Shown here: in pieces, positions 14,502-22,282 of the stretch
How positions within the stretch are numbered: position 1 is the stretch's first letter
How the letters are laid out: each line of letters begins with the position of its first letter
Source of the DNA: Candidatus Electronema aureum
Lineage (GTDB): Bacteria > Desulfobacterota > Desulfobulbia > Desulfobulbales > Desulfobulbaceae
Direction of reading: 5' to 3'
Length of the DNA: 24,000 nucleotides
Assembly (NCBI GenBank): GCA_004284765.1
Contig: NQJD01000013.1
Coordinates: 24,701 to 48,700 of the forward strand
Notes under the pieces: generated by a model
What the model was told of the DNA's origin: nothing
The model's input: the letters and a program-made list of their open reading frames with translations, nothing else
Databases searched by the model: none
Translations under genes and position numbers: made by a program

Positions 14502-15800
14502 ATGAATATAACAAAAAGAGATTTTTTCGTCTCAATTATTCTGTTAATTATTTCCGCTTTTTTTTTCTGTTATGTAAACTTGAGCATTAAGTCATTCGAT
14601 GAATGGCATTCTTTGAAATATGCAACACCAGACAGTAAAACATATCTTGATGTTGGCAGATGGATTTTAGGTGAAAATACATTTGATAATGCAGAAAGCA
14701 GCGTTGCGATAAGACCTTTTTTTTATCCTCTCGTTATTGTAATTTTAGATTCAATACATCCTTTAGCTGTAGCAATATTTCAATTTACTTTATGGCAGAT
14801 TCAAATTTTGATGATTTATTTTTTTTGTATTAAAGTAAGCAGATTATTTATTTTGTCAATTTTAGTCTCGGTGTTAAGTATTGGCATCCTTTCTCCTATA
14901 GGGATATCTTTACATGCTCTCACGGAAACGTTATCATCATTTTTCATTACTTTTTCCATATTCATATTTATCTTTTTTTTGGAAAAAAATTCATACAGAT
15001 ATATTTATGCATATTTATTATCGTTATCTTTTTGTTCCGCAACCAGACCATCTTATATATATGTATATATTTTTTCAATAATGATACTTTTCTTTTTTTT
15101 AATAAAAAAAAGGAAGTTTTTTTATATATGCATACTTGCAACAACATTTCTTCCGATATCATTACAATATTATGTAATGAAGAAACATTTTGATAGCTAC
15201 AAATTATCTTTTATTGATTCCTTTGCTATAAATGATTATTTTTTATCAGGACTTGAGCTGTATAAAAGAAAAGTTGAATTTGATGCTAATAGAAATTTAT
15301 ACATACGAATGGTTCGCGATGCGAGACGTGAATATATGGCAGAAATGATTAAGGAAAAAGGGTATGGAGAAACATCAAAAAAAGTAAAAAGTGATCTTCT
15401 TGCCAGTTTAGTTAATTACCCTAATGAAAGTCTTCGTCAATTTAAAGACTTAATTATTGAAAATTCAATGCAGCCATCATCATTTATTACGGCTAATAAA
15501 AATTTATACATTGCTACTTTTGCTCAAAGCAAACTTCTTTTGACAATAAATATAATTTCTGCTTTATTTTTTTCTGTGATTATTTTTAATAAAAAATATT
15601 TTGCTGAAGAAATTTATGAAAAAAATATCGTATTCAGCTTGTTGATATTTTTCTGCATATATTTTACATATATTTCTACAGGGCTTACCTTCTGGCAAGG
15701 AGACAGATTTATTATTCCTATATACTATGCAAGTATCATGTTGTTTGTGCATCAAACAAGAATGTTTTTTGCATTTATCAGAAATACAAATAAGAAATAA
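14502..15800 (+). CDS. Polytopic inner-membrane protein, candidate GT-C-type (ArnT/PMT-like) glycosyltransferase or related glycan polymerase/ligase
   Basis: 432 aa with roughly 10-12 hydrophobic helices. An acidic motif (SFDEWH) sits in the first extracytoplasmic loop after TM1, as in GT-C enzymes. A ~100-aa soluble helical insert spans residues ~230-335. The gene is extremely AT-rich. The functional call is tentative. Confidence 0.5.
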   Translation: MNITKRDFFVSIILLIISAFFFCYVNLSIKSFDEWHSLKYATPDSKTYLDVGRWILGENTFDNAESSVAIRPFFYPLVIVILDSIHPLAVAIFQFTLWQIQILMIYFFCIKVSRLFILSILVSVLSIGILSPIGISLHALTETLSSFFITFSIFIFIFFLEKNSYRYIYAYLLSLSFCSATRPSYIYVYIFSIMILFFFLIKKRKFFYICILATTFLPISLQYYVMKKHFDSYKLSFIDSFAINDYFLSGLELYKRKVEFDANRNLYIRMVRDARREYMAEMIKEKGYGETSKKVKSDLLASLVNYPNESLRQFKDLIIENSMQPSSFITANKNLYIATFAQSKLLLTINIISALFFSVIIFNKKYFAEEIYEKNIVFSLLIFFCIYFTYISTGLTFWQGDRFIIPIYYASIMLFVHQTRMFFAFIRNTNKK

Positions 15801-15807
15801 TATTAAA

Positions 15808-16383
15808 ATGAAAGAGCCGATCTTTGAACCTGTTTTAAGGAAAATACGTATAGGAAAAGTTATTGATGAAATCAAAAATATTCCAAGATGCAATCTTCTC
15901 GATATTGGATGCGGTTTTAACTATAGTTTTTTGTCTGCGGTGGAACAATATATCGAGCATGGGACAGGTATTGATTTTAAAGTCAATGAAATTTATTCTG
16001 AAAAAATATCAACCATCAAGATGGTGTTAGATGAAACCTTAAACTTCAATGACTGTTCATTTGATGCTGTAACAATGCTTGCTGTTCTTGAGCATATAGA
16101 CAAGCCGATACATATATTTTCTGAAATATATCGAGTTTTAAAGCCAGGTGGAAAATTAATACTTACGGTTCCTGGAAAAAAAGCAAAGCCGTTGTTGGAA
16201 TTTCTTGCTTTCAAGATAGGAATTGTTAGTAGAGCTGAAATAGAAGACCATAAAAAATATTATGATTTAGAAGAGATCAGCCAGCTCGTATTAAATATCA
16301 ATGAATTTGAAATAATAAAGCATGAGCATTTCCAGTTTGGAATGAATAATTTTTGTGTTATAAAAAAATCTATGATTAGCTGA
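15808..16383 (+). CDS. Class I SAM-dependent methyltransferase (cassette gene 2)
   Basis: Motif I LLDIGCGFN, then FDAVTMLAVLEHI and LKPGGKLILTVP. The ATG at 15808 starts 8 nt after the preceding stop. The ORF-track start at 15727 would overlap the membrane protein gene. Confidence 0.85.
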   Translation: MKEPIFEPVLRKIRIGKVIDEIKNIPRCNLLDIGCGFNYSFLSAVEQYIEHGTGIDFKVNEIYSEKISTIKMVLDETLNFNDCSFDAVTMLAVLEHIDKPIHIFSEIYRVLKPGGKLILTVPGKKAKPLLEFLAFKIGIVSRAEIEDHKKYYDLEEISQLVLNINEFEIIKHEHFQFGMNNFCVIKKSMIS

Positions 16384-16390
16384 TTTTTCT

Positions 16391-16668
16391 ATCAAAGAAA
16401 CTGACGTGCTCGGCTTTGGCCGAGTGATCCGCTGTCGCGAAGCCTTTCAGCCTGCAAACACTAACGTCAACTTTGTGCGGACGTGCAGCTTGGCCAAGCT
16501 ACTTCGCCCGTTGAAATTATCACCTCCGGCAACGACCGCCTGACGATTTTATTCAACCTGCCGGAGCATAAGGCTGGCGGAACTGCGCCAATTGTTTATA
16601 ATGTTTTCCTCAAAGGGCCTGCTCATGCGGTCTATCAGGGCGAGCTGACCGCCGAGGCATTGCTTTAA
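16391..16668 (+). pseudogene. dapF: Displaced, diverged and frameshifted 3' remnant of dapF (codons ~161-284 equivalent, with a net 97-nt internal deletion)
   Basis: Hand alignment: 16391-16480 vs 14043-14132 gives 69/90 identical, and 16492-16668 vs 14241-14417 gives 141/177 identical. Both copies end GAGGCATTGCTTTAA. The two halves are in different frames, and the ACGTGS catalytic-Cys region is missing. The 61-aa ORF at 16483-16668 (..SPVEIITSGNDRL..IVYNVFLKGP..) is the tail of this remnant. Confidence 0.85.
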
Positions 16669-16684
16669 ATCCAAGGAGAATGAG

Positions 16685-17575
16685 ATGACAGCAGCACAAC
16701 GAATTCAGGGCGCGATCACCGCGATTGTCACCCCGATGCGCGACGGCAGAGTTGACGAGGAAAGCCTCGTCAATCTGATCAATTTTCAGATCGACAACGG
16801 CATTCATGGCCTCGTGCCCTGCGGCACCACCGGCGAATCAGCCACCCTCAGCTTTGCCGAGCACAAGCGGGTGATCGAGCTGACCGTGAAGACCGTGGCA
16901 GGCCGGGTGCCGGTCATTGCCGGAACCGGGGCCAACAACACTCTTGAGGCCATCGAGTTGACCGAGTCGGCCAAGGACAGCGGCGCGGACGCAGTACTCT
17001 CTGTGGTGCCCTATTACAATAAGCCGAGCCAGGAAGGGCTGTACCGGCATTTCAAGGCCATCACCGAAACGGTGGATATTCCGGTGGTGCTCTACAACGT
17101 GCCAGGCCGCACCGTCACCAATATGGCTCCGGCCACGGTCGCACGGCTGGCCGAGCTGCCCAATGTCATCGGCATTAAGGAGGCCTGCGGCTGCCTGAAC
17201 CAGATTTCCGAGATCATCCGCATCTGCCCGAAGGACTTCATTGTGCTTTCTGGCGATGACTTCACTTCCATGCCCACCGTGCTGATTGGCGGCAATGGCG
17301 TGATCTCAGTGACCTCGAACGTAGCTCCTAAAGCGATGGCCGAGCTGATGGAAGCGGCCCTGCGCGGCGATTTGGCCAAGGCCAAGGAGATTCATTACAA
17401 ATTCTTCCCGCTCATGGGCACGATGTTCTGCTATCCCAGCCCAGCTCCGGCGAAAAAGGCCGTGCATCTGATTGGCAAGATTGCCTCGCCGGAAGTGCGC
17501 CTGCCGATGACCGAGATGGACGAGCCGTCGCTGAACAAGCTGACTGCTGAGATGAAGAAGGTGGGATTGATTTGA
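16685..17575 (+). CDS. dapA: 4-hydroxy-tetrahydrodipicolinate synthase
   Basis: AIVTPM, VPCGTTGES, YYNKP, IGIKEA (Schiff-base Lys) and the overall 296-aa length. RBS AAGGAGA at 16673-16679. Confidence 0.95.
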   Translation: MTAAQRIQGAITAIVTPMRDGRVDEESLVNLINFQIDNGIHGLVPCGTTGESATLSFAEHKRVIELTVKTVAGRVPVIAGTGANNTLEAIELTESAKDSGADAVLSVVPYYNKPSQEGLYRHFKAITETVDIPVVLYNVPGRTVTNMAPATVARLAELPNVIGIKEACGCLNQISEIIRICPKDFIVLSGDDFTSMPTVLIGGNGVISVTSNVAPKAMAELMEAALRGDLAKAKEIHYKFFPLMGTMFCYPSPAPAKKAVHLIGKIASPEVRLPMTEMDEPSLNKLTAEMKKVGLI

Positions 17576-17631
17576 TTTAAGCAGGGGCGGTTGATGAACA
17601 ACTGCCTCTGTTGCTAATATATTGCTGAAAT

Positions 17632-18570
17632 ATGAAGAAAAGACCGAGAATTATTCAGAAAACAAAAAGCCTTTTGCAGAAAGAAATATCATCGATATGT
17701 CCTTTCTGTGATAATGAGGATGTCGATCATTTTCATTTTCATCATATTGATGAAAATCCAGAAAACAACGACATGCTTAACCTCTTGATGCTATGCCCTA
17801 TTTGTCACTCAAAAATTACAAAGGGCGATATAACGAGAGAAGATGTTGAACGGAAAAAGCGAGACATATCAACTAATCAAAAGGACGTTCTTTTGTTTTT
17901 TCAAGAAATAGCTCCGCTTGTATTTGACTTGATTATTTTTGGAGAACAGGAGAAGGATCGTAGCATAAATCCTTGGGTCAGCAGGCTGGAATCAAGATAC
18001 AGCGAGATATCTAACGAATTAAGAAGATTAGCTATTAAAGATGTTTCTATTCAGAAAGGATGGACTGTCTTGTTAGATGAATTGGCAAAGTCTATTGATA
18101 ATTTTGTTAATAGGGAAGTTTGTCTGTATCGCGGCTTAACAGAAGACATTAAAGATGCCGTGGAAAAAGCTAAACACCTCAAGGTATCGATAATTGATCC
18201 TTTTTTCGCTTCACAAAGGGCACCTTTAACACTTAAAAAAGATTTTGCGATGCAACTCAGGATGTTAAAAAGCCTGAATGATAGAGCGGAAATGATGCTC
18301 AACGAAGGAAAAATTGAGGAGTTACAGGGGAAAGTCTCAGAAATAGGTCACGATTTATTGATATTGAGCATGTACAATACAGAGGATTTCCCGAAAGCTA
18401 TAAAAGGAAAATTATATAGCATTTCAAGAGAAATCCATTTAATGGAAACAAAGAGAAATAATCATTCTTTCGATAGACAGGAGTCATTCAGAAATCGACT
18501 CAATGAACTTAGCGGACAATTAAACGCGCTGGCAGTAGAACTGCCGAATGTAACGTATGCAGCAAACTGA
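17632..18570 (+). CDS. HNH (beta-beta-alpha-Me) nuclease domain protein with an unrecognised ~230-aa alpha-helical C-terminal domain
   Basis: The N-terminal ~75 aa read CPFC..DVDHFHFHHID.NPENNDMLNLLMLCPICHSKI. That is a CxxC/CxxC zinc knuckle flanking the His-Asn-His catalytic pattern. I do not recognise the rest (residues ~80-312). The gene is AT-rich relative to flanking dapA/dapB. ATG start. Confidence 0.8.
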   Translation: MKKRPRIIQKTKSLLQKEISSICPFCDNEDVDHFHFHHIDENPENNDMLNLLMLCPICHSKITKGDITREDVERKKRDISTNQKDVLLFFQEIAPLVFDLIIFGEQEKDRSINPWVSRLESRYSEISNELRRLAIKDVSIQKGWTVLLDELAKSIDNFVNREVCLYRGLTEDIKDAVEKAKHLKVSIIDPFFASQRAPLTLKKDFAMQLRMLKSLNDRAEMMLNEGKIEELQGKVSEIGHDLLILSMYNTEDFPKAIKGKLYSISREIHLMETKRNNHSFDRQESFRNRLNELSGQLNALAVELPNVTYAAN

Positions 18571-18585
18571 TTGATCAAAACTGAC

Positions 18586-18617
18586 ATCATAAGCATCTTT
18601 GATCATAAGCATCTTTG
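18586..18617 (+). repeat. Perfect tandem duplication of a 16-nt unit (ATCATAAGCATCTTTG x2) just downstream of the HNH gene
   Basis: Read directly: 18586-18601 and 18602-18617 are identical. Confidence 0.7.
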
Positions 18618-18684
18618 CAGACGTGACCATTGACCTCAAGAATGTCTTTGAGAAAGACTCATTAACAACCCAAGAGAGCCAATT

Positions 18685-19497
18685 ATGACCAAAGTAATTG
18701 TAGCCGGAGCAGCCGGTCGGATGGGCCGCCGCATCTGCGACATGGTGCGGCAGCATCGCGACCTAACCTTGAGCGCGGCCTTTGAACACGCGGACAGCCC
18801 TTTTATCGGCAAGGATGTCGGTGAAGTGGCGGGCTTCGGCGCGACCGGCGTGAAAATATCTGCGGGCTTGGAATCAGTGATTGATCAAGGCGAGGTGATT
18901 ATTGATTTCACCTTCCACAAGGCCACGATGGAATTCATCAAAGTTGCGGCCAAGCATGGCCGGGCAATGGTGATTGGCACCACCGGCCTGACTGCGGAGA
19001 ATATCGCAGTGCTGCGCGAGACCGCCGCAGGCCATTTCCCCTGCGTTCAGTCGCCCAACATGGCCGTGGGCGTGAACGTGCTGTTCAAGCTGGTGGAGAA
19101 AACCGCTGCCGTGCTGGGCAATGCTTATGATGTGGAGATTGTCGAGGCGCACCACCGAATGAAGAAGGATGCGCCGTCCGGCACCGCGCTCCGGCTGGGC
19201 GAAATGGCCGCTGCTGGCTTGGGCCGCAATCTGGCGGAAGTGGGCGTGTATGAGCGGCACGGCATGATCGGCGAGCGCACGGACAAGGAGATCGGCATCC
19301 AGACCATCCGGGCCGGGGATATTGTCGGCGAGCATACCGTCTATTTCGCTGGTGCGGGCGAGCGGATCGAGATCACTCATCGCGCCCACAGCCGCGACAA
19401 CTTCGCACGCGGCGCGGCCTTGGCTGCGGCGTGGGTTGCGGACAAGCCCAAGGGATTGTACACCATGTTTGACGTGCTTGATCTGGGCAATTTCTAA
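18685..19497 (+). CDS. dapB: 4-hydroxy-tetrahydrodipicolinate reductase
   Basis: KVIVAGAAGRMGR (NAD(P) binding), IGTTGL, SPNMAVGVN and EAHHRMKKDAPSGTA (signature motif). Confidence 0.95.
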   Translation: MTKVIVAGAAGRMGRRICDMVRQHRDLTLSAAFEHADSPFIGKDVGEVAGFGATGVKISAGLESVIDQGEVIIDFTFHKATMEFIKVAAKHGRAMVIGTTGLTAENIAVLRETAAGHFPCVQSPNMAVGVNVLFKLVEKTAAVLGNAYDVEIVEAHHRMKKDAPSGTALRLGEMAAAGLGRNLAEVGVYERHGMIGERTDKEIGIQTIRAGDIVGEHTVYFAGAGERIEITHRAHSRDNFARGAALAAAWVADKPKGLYTMFDVLDLGNF

Positions 19498-19527
19498 AAA
19501 ATAGCCTTCCTGCCTCATTGTTCTCCG

Positions 19528-19551
19528 CCGTGGCAAATTTGTTTGCCACGG
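19528..19551 (+). terminator. Stem-loop after dapB (possible weak terminator)
   Basis: CCGTGGCAAA-TTTG-TTTGCCACGG: a 10-bp perfect stem with a 4-nt loop, 31 nt after the dapB stop. The downstream tract is only weakly T-rich. Confidence 0.4.
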
Positions 19552-19612
19552 CATCGTGTTTACCCATCAAATACTTTTCAAAACCCGCTGATTCATAATT
19601 CGCAATAAGCCC

Positions 19613-21145
19613 ATGCTTTCTAAAACACTCAGCGGCGCGGTGATCGGCGTGGACGGCTTACTCGTCCGAGTGGAGGTGGATTTGGCCCTCGGCTTGCCGC
19701 TCTTCTCCACGGTTGGGTTGGCGGAAGGCGCGGTACGCGAGGCCAAAGACCGGGTGCGGGCAGCTGTTAAGAATTCCGGTTACGAGTTTCCGCCGCGCCG
19801 GATCACGGTCAATCTCGCTCCAGCAGCAGTGAAAAAAGAAGGCTCCGGCTACGACCTGCCTATCGCCCTTGGCATCCTCGCGGCCTCCGGTGCGCTCCCC
19901 TGCCCAGATTTAGCCGAAACCGCCATTGTCGGTGAGCTGTCCTTGGACGGCGTGGTGCGTCCGGTGCGTGGAGTTTTACCGATGGTGCTGGAGGCAAAGA
20001 CTAACGGCATCCGTCGCTTTCTCGTTCCGGCGGAGAATGCCCGCGAAGCAGCAGTAGTGCAAGGCATCGAGATCATCGCGGTGCAAACACTGCGGCAGGC
20101 GGCGCAGTATCTGCTCAACGAGATAGAAATCCAACCCTCTTTCACCGATGTTGATGCCCTTTTTAGCAGGCACAGCGAATATTCGGTCGATTTTGCCGAG
20201 GTGCGCGGGCAAGAGCATGTCAAGCGGGCCTTTGAGGTAGCGGCGGCAGGTGGCCACAACTTGCTGCTCTGCGGGGTGCCGGGCACAGGCAAAACCATGA
20301 TGGCCCGGCGGCTACCAACTATCCTACCTGACCTCTGTCTTGCCGAGGCCCTTGAAACTACCAAGATTTATTCTACTGGCGGCCTGCTCTCTGATACCCA
20401 GCCGCTGATGGTCACGCGACCTTTTCGCTCGCCGCATCACACCATTTCTGATGCCGGATTGATCGGTGGCGGTCAAATTCCTCGCCCCGGCGAGGTCTCG
20501 CTGGCGCACAACGGGGTGTTGTTTCTTGACGAGTTGCCTGAATTTCGCAAGCATGTTCTCGAAGTCATGCGCCAGCCGCTGGAAGATGGGGTTGTGACCA
20601 TCGCCCGCGCCGCAGCCAGCCTCCGTTTTCCGGCGGATTTCATGTTGGTCGCAGCCATGAACCCCTGTCCCTGCGGTTTTCTCGGCGACAAGGTGAAGCA
20701 GTGCCGCTGTGCGCCCATCCAAGTGCAGCGATACCGCAGCCAGCTCTCTGGTCCTTTGCTCGACCGCATCGACATGCACGTGGAAGTACCGCCGGTGCCA
20801 GTACGGGAGATCAGCTCTCGCTCGGTGGGTGAATCATCGCAGACGATACGCGAGCGGGTCAACCGGGCGCGACGTACCCAGCAAGCTCGCTTTGCCGCTG
20901 AACGTGGGGTGAACTGCAACGCTCGTATGTCGCCTCGTCAGCTTGAAGCCTTCTGCCCGTTGGACGAGGCGGGCCGCAAGTTGCTCAACAATGCCATCGA
21001 GCGGCTGGGGCTGTCAGCCCGTGCTTATCACCGAATTATAAAAATCGCCCGCACTATTGCTGATTTGTCGGAATCAGAACAGATTATTTCTGCACACGTT
21101 GCCGAAGCAGTGCAGTACCGGCGGCAGCAGTATGAGGTGCGATGA
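19613..21145 (+). CDS. comM: YifB/ComM-family Mg-chelatase-like AAA+ ATPase
   Basis: N-terminal Lon-protease-like domain (GLPLFSTVGLAEGAVREAKDRV..GSGYDLPIALGILAA). Walker A GVPGTGKTM, Walker B VLFLDELPEF, and a C-terminal Mg-chelatase subunit ChlI-like tail. 510 aa. Confidence 0.9.
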   Translation: MLSKTLSGAVIGVDGLLVRVEVDLALGLPLFSTVGLAEGAVREAKDRVRAAVKNSGYEFPPRRITVNLAPAAVKKEGSGYDLPIALGILAASGALPCPDLAETAIVGELSLDGVVRPVRGVLPMVLEAKTNGIRRFLVPAENAREAAVVQGIEIIAVQTLRQAAQYLLNEIEIQPSFTDVDALFSRHSEYSVDFAEVRGQEHVKRAFEVAAAGGHNLLLCGVPGTGKTMMARRLPTILPDLCLAEALETTKIYSTGGLLSDTQPLMVTRPFRSPHHTISDAGLIGGGQIPRPGEVSLAHNGVLFLDELPEFRKHVLEVMRQPLEDGVVTIARAAASLRFPADFMLVAAMNPCPCGFLGDKVKQCRCAPIQVQRYRSQLSGPLLDRIDMHVEVPPVPVREISSRSVGESSQTIRERVNRARRTQQARFAAERGVNCNARMSPRQLEAFCPLDEAGRKLLNNAIERLGLSARAYHRIIKIARTIADLSESEQIISAHVAEAVQYRRQQYEVR

Positions 21146-21172
21146 GAAAGTTGTTTAGAATATTCAAAAAAT

Positions 21173-22240
21173 ATGTCTATCTTTCAGCAGGCTTTCGCCT
21201 TTTTTTTGCCCGACGATGAAATAGCCGAGTTTGCTCCGCTGGGCAGCGGTAGAGTCAACGACACGTGGCTTGTTGCCACCAAAGCAGGCAAAAAATACGT
21301 CCTTCAGCGGCTCAATCCAGCGGTTTTTCTTAAACCTGCCGTGGTGCAGAGCAATCTCTGCCGGGTTACCGAACATTTGCAGGCAAACCTATCCGTTGAG
21401 AGCGGTTTTTCTGTCTTCGAGGTACGTCATAGTCCGACAGGGGCAAGCGCGTGGACGGATAGCAGCGGAGCGTGGTGGCGGTTGATTTCCTATCTTGACG
21501 GCGCGGCTATTGATGCCCTTGCTGATGCTAATCAGGCCCAAGAAATCGGGGCCGCGCTTGGCCTCTTCCATCAGTTGCTTGCCAGTTTACCTTTGCCTCC
21601 GCTGGCTGATACTCTGCCCGGCTTCCACAATACTCCGCTGTATTTGGCTAACTACGAGGCCATTTTACCGACCGATTGCCTGCCAGAAGCCGCCGATTGT
21701 CGCGATTTCATCAATGAGCGCAGGGCAGACATGCGTTTACTCGAAGATGCCCGGCAGATAGGGAAAATCACCGAACAGACCATTCACGGCGATCCCAAGG
21801 TGGGTAATTTTCTCTTTTCGTGGGACAAAAAACGGGTGATCAGCTTGGTCGATTTGGACACAGTCAAACCCGGCCTACTGCTCCACGATCTCGGTGACTG
21901 CCTCCGCTCCTGTTGCAATCCCTTGGGCGAGGAAGTGCAGAATTTGGACGAAGTGATCTTTGATCAAGAATTGTTCGCCGCTGTGCTGGCAGGTTATCTA
22001 TTCCACGCTGCTGATTTGCTCCAACCCGGCGACTGGCAGCTGCTCGTGGATAGTGTTCGTCTGATGAGCTTGGAGCTGGGTCTGCGCTTTTACAGCGATT
22101 ATCTGGCGGGCAGTCGCTATTTTAAAGCCGATCACCCGCACCAGAACCTTTTTCGTGCGAGAGTACAGTTTGCGCTGGTGCGCTCAATTGAAAATCAATA
22201 TAGTGAGCTGACGGTAATTGTGAAAAACTTCAGGGCGTAA
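21173..22240 (+). CDS. APH-fold phosphotransferase resembling N-acetylhexosamine 1-kinase (NahK/LnpB-like anomeric sugar kinase)
   Basis: GSGRVNDTWLV...KYVLQRLNPAVF, GAWWRLISYLDG, GFHNTPLYL, IHGDPKVGNFLF (Brenner motif), LVDLDTVKPG, and C-terminal LRFYSDYLAG.RYF....PHQNLFRARVQFALV. These line up with the Bifidobacterium NahK sequence as I recall it. Substrate is unverified. Confidence 0.65.
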   Translation: MSIFQQAFAFFLPDDEIAEFAPLGSGRVNDTWLVATKAGKKYVLQRLNPAVFLKPAVVQSNLCRVTEHLQANLSVESGFSVFEVRHSPTGASAWTDSSGAWWRLISYLDGAAIDALADANQAQEIGAALGLFHQLLASLPLPPLADTLPGFHNTPLYLANYEAILPTDCLPEAADCRDFINERRADMRLLEDARQIGKITEQTIHGDPKVGNFLFSWDKKRVISLVDLDTVKPGLLLHDLGDCLRSCCNPLGEEVQNLDEVIFDQELFAAVLAGYLFHAADLLQPGDWQLLVDSVRLMSLELGLRFYSDYLAGSRYFKADHPHQNLFRARVQFALVRSIENQYSELTVIVKNFRA

Positions 22241-22282
22241 TAGCGAGTGAAGCAAATCTCGAAAAAAGAACAGGAGAACACC

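Larger units (their letters stand above)
14418..16390. other. AT-rich ~2 kb inserted cassette (two genes) between intact dapF and the displaced dapF 3' remnant
   Basis: Composition changes abruptly. Sample 60-nt lines I counted were ~18-32% G+C inside the block versus ~70% in a dapF line. The block is bounded on the right by sequence homologous to 14043-14417. It carries no integrase or transposase. Confidence 0.7.

Noticed and set aside
16483-16668. 61-aa ORF that could be called a small independent gene
   Set aside because: It starts at GTG with no RBS. It is colinear with the last 59 codons of dapF and continues homology that begins upstream in another frame. It is better explained as a pseudogene remnant.
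14418-18684. Integrase, transposase, or tRNA/att signatures that would make the two dap-locus insertions classical mobile elements
   Set aside because: None of the encoded proteins shows recombinase or transposase motifs. No tRNA-like sequence or terminal inverted repeats were found at the boundaries.
18874-19554. 226-aa minus-strand ORF antisense to dapB
   Set aside because: Same reasoning. dapB motifs are unambiguous on the plus strand, and the antisense translation has no recognisable motifs.
19849-20919. Three long minus-strand ORFs (171, 151 and 148 aa) antisense to comM
   Set aside because: These are high-GC shadow ORFs. They overlap each other and the clearly coding AAA+ ATPase frame.
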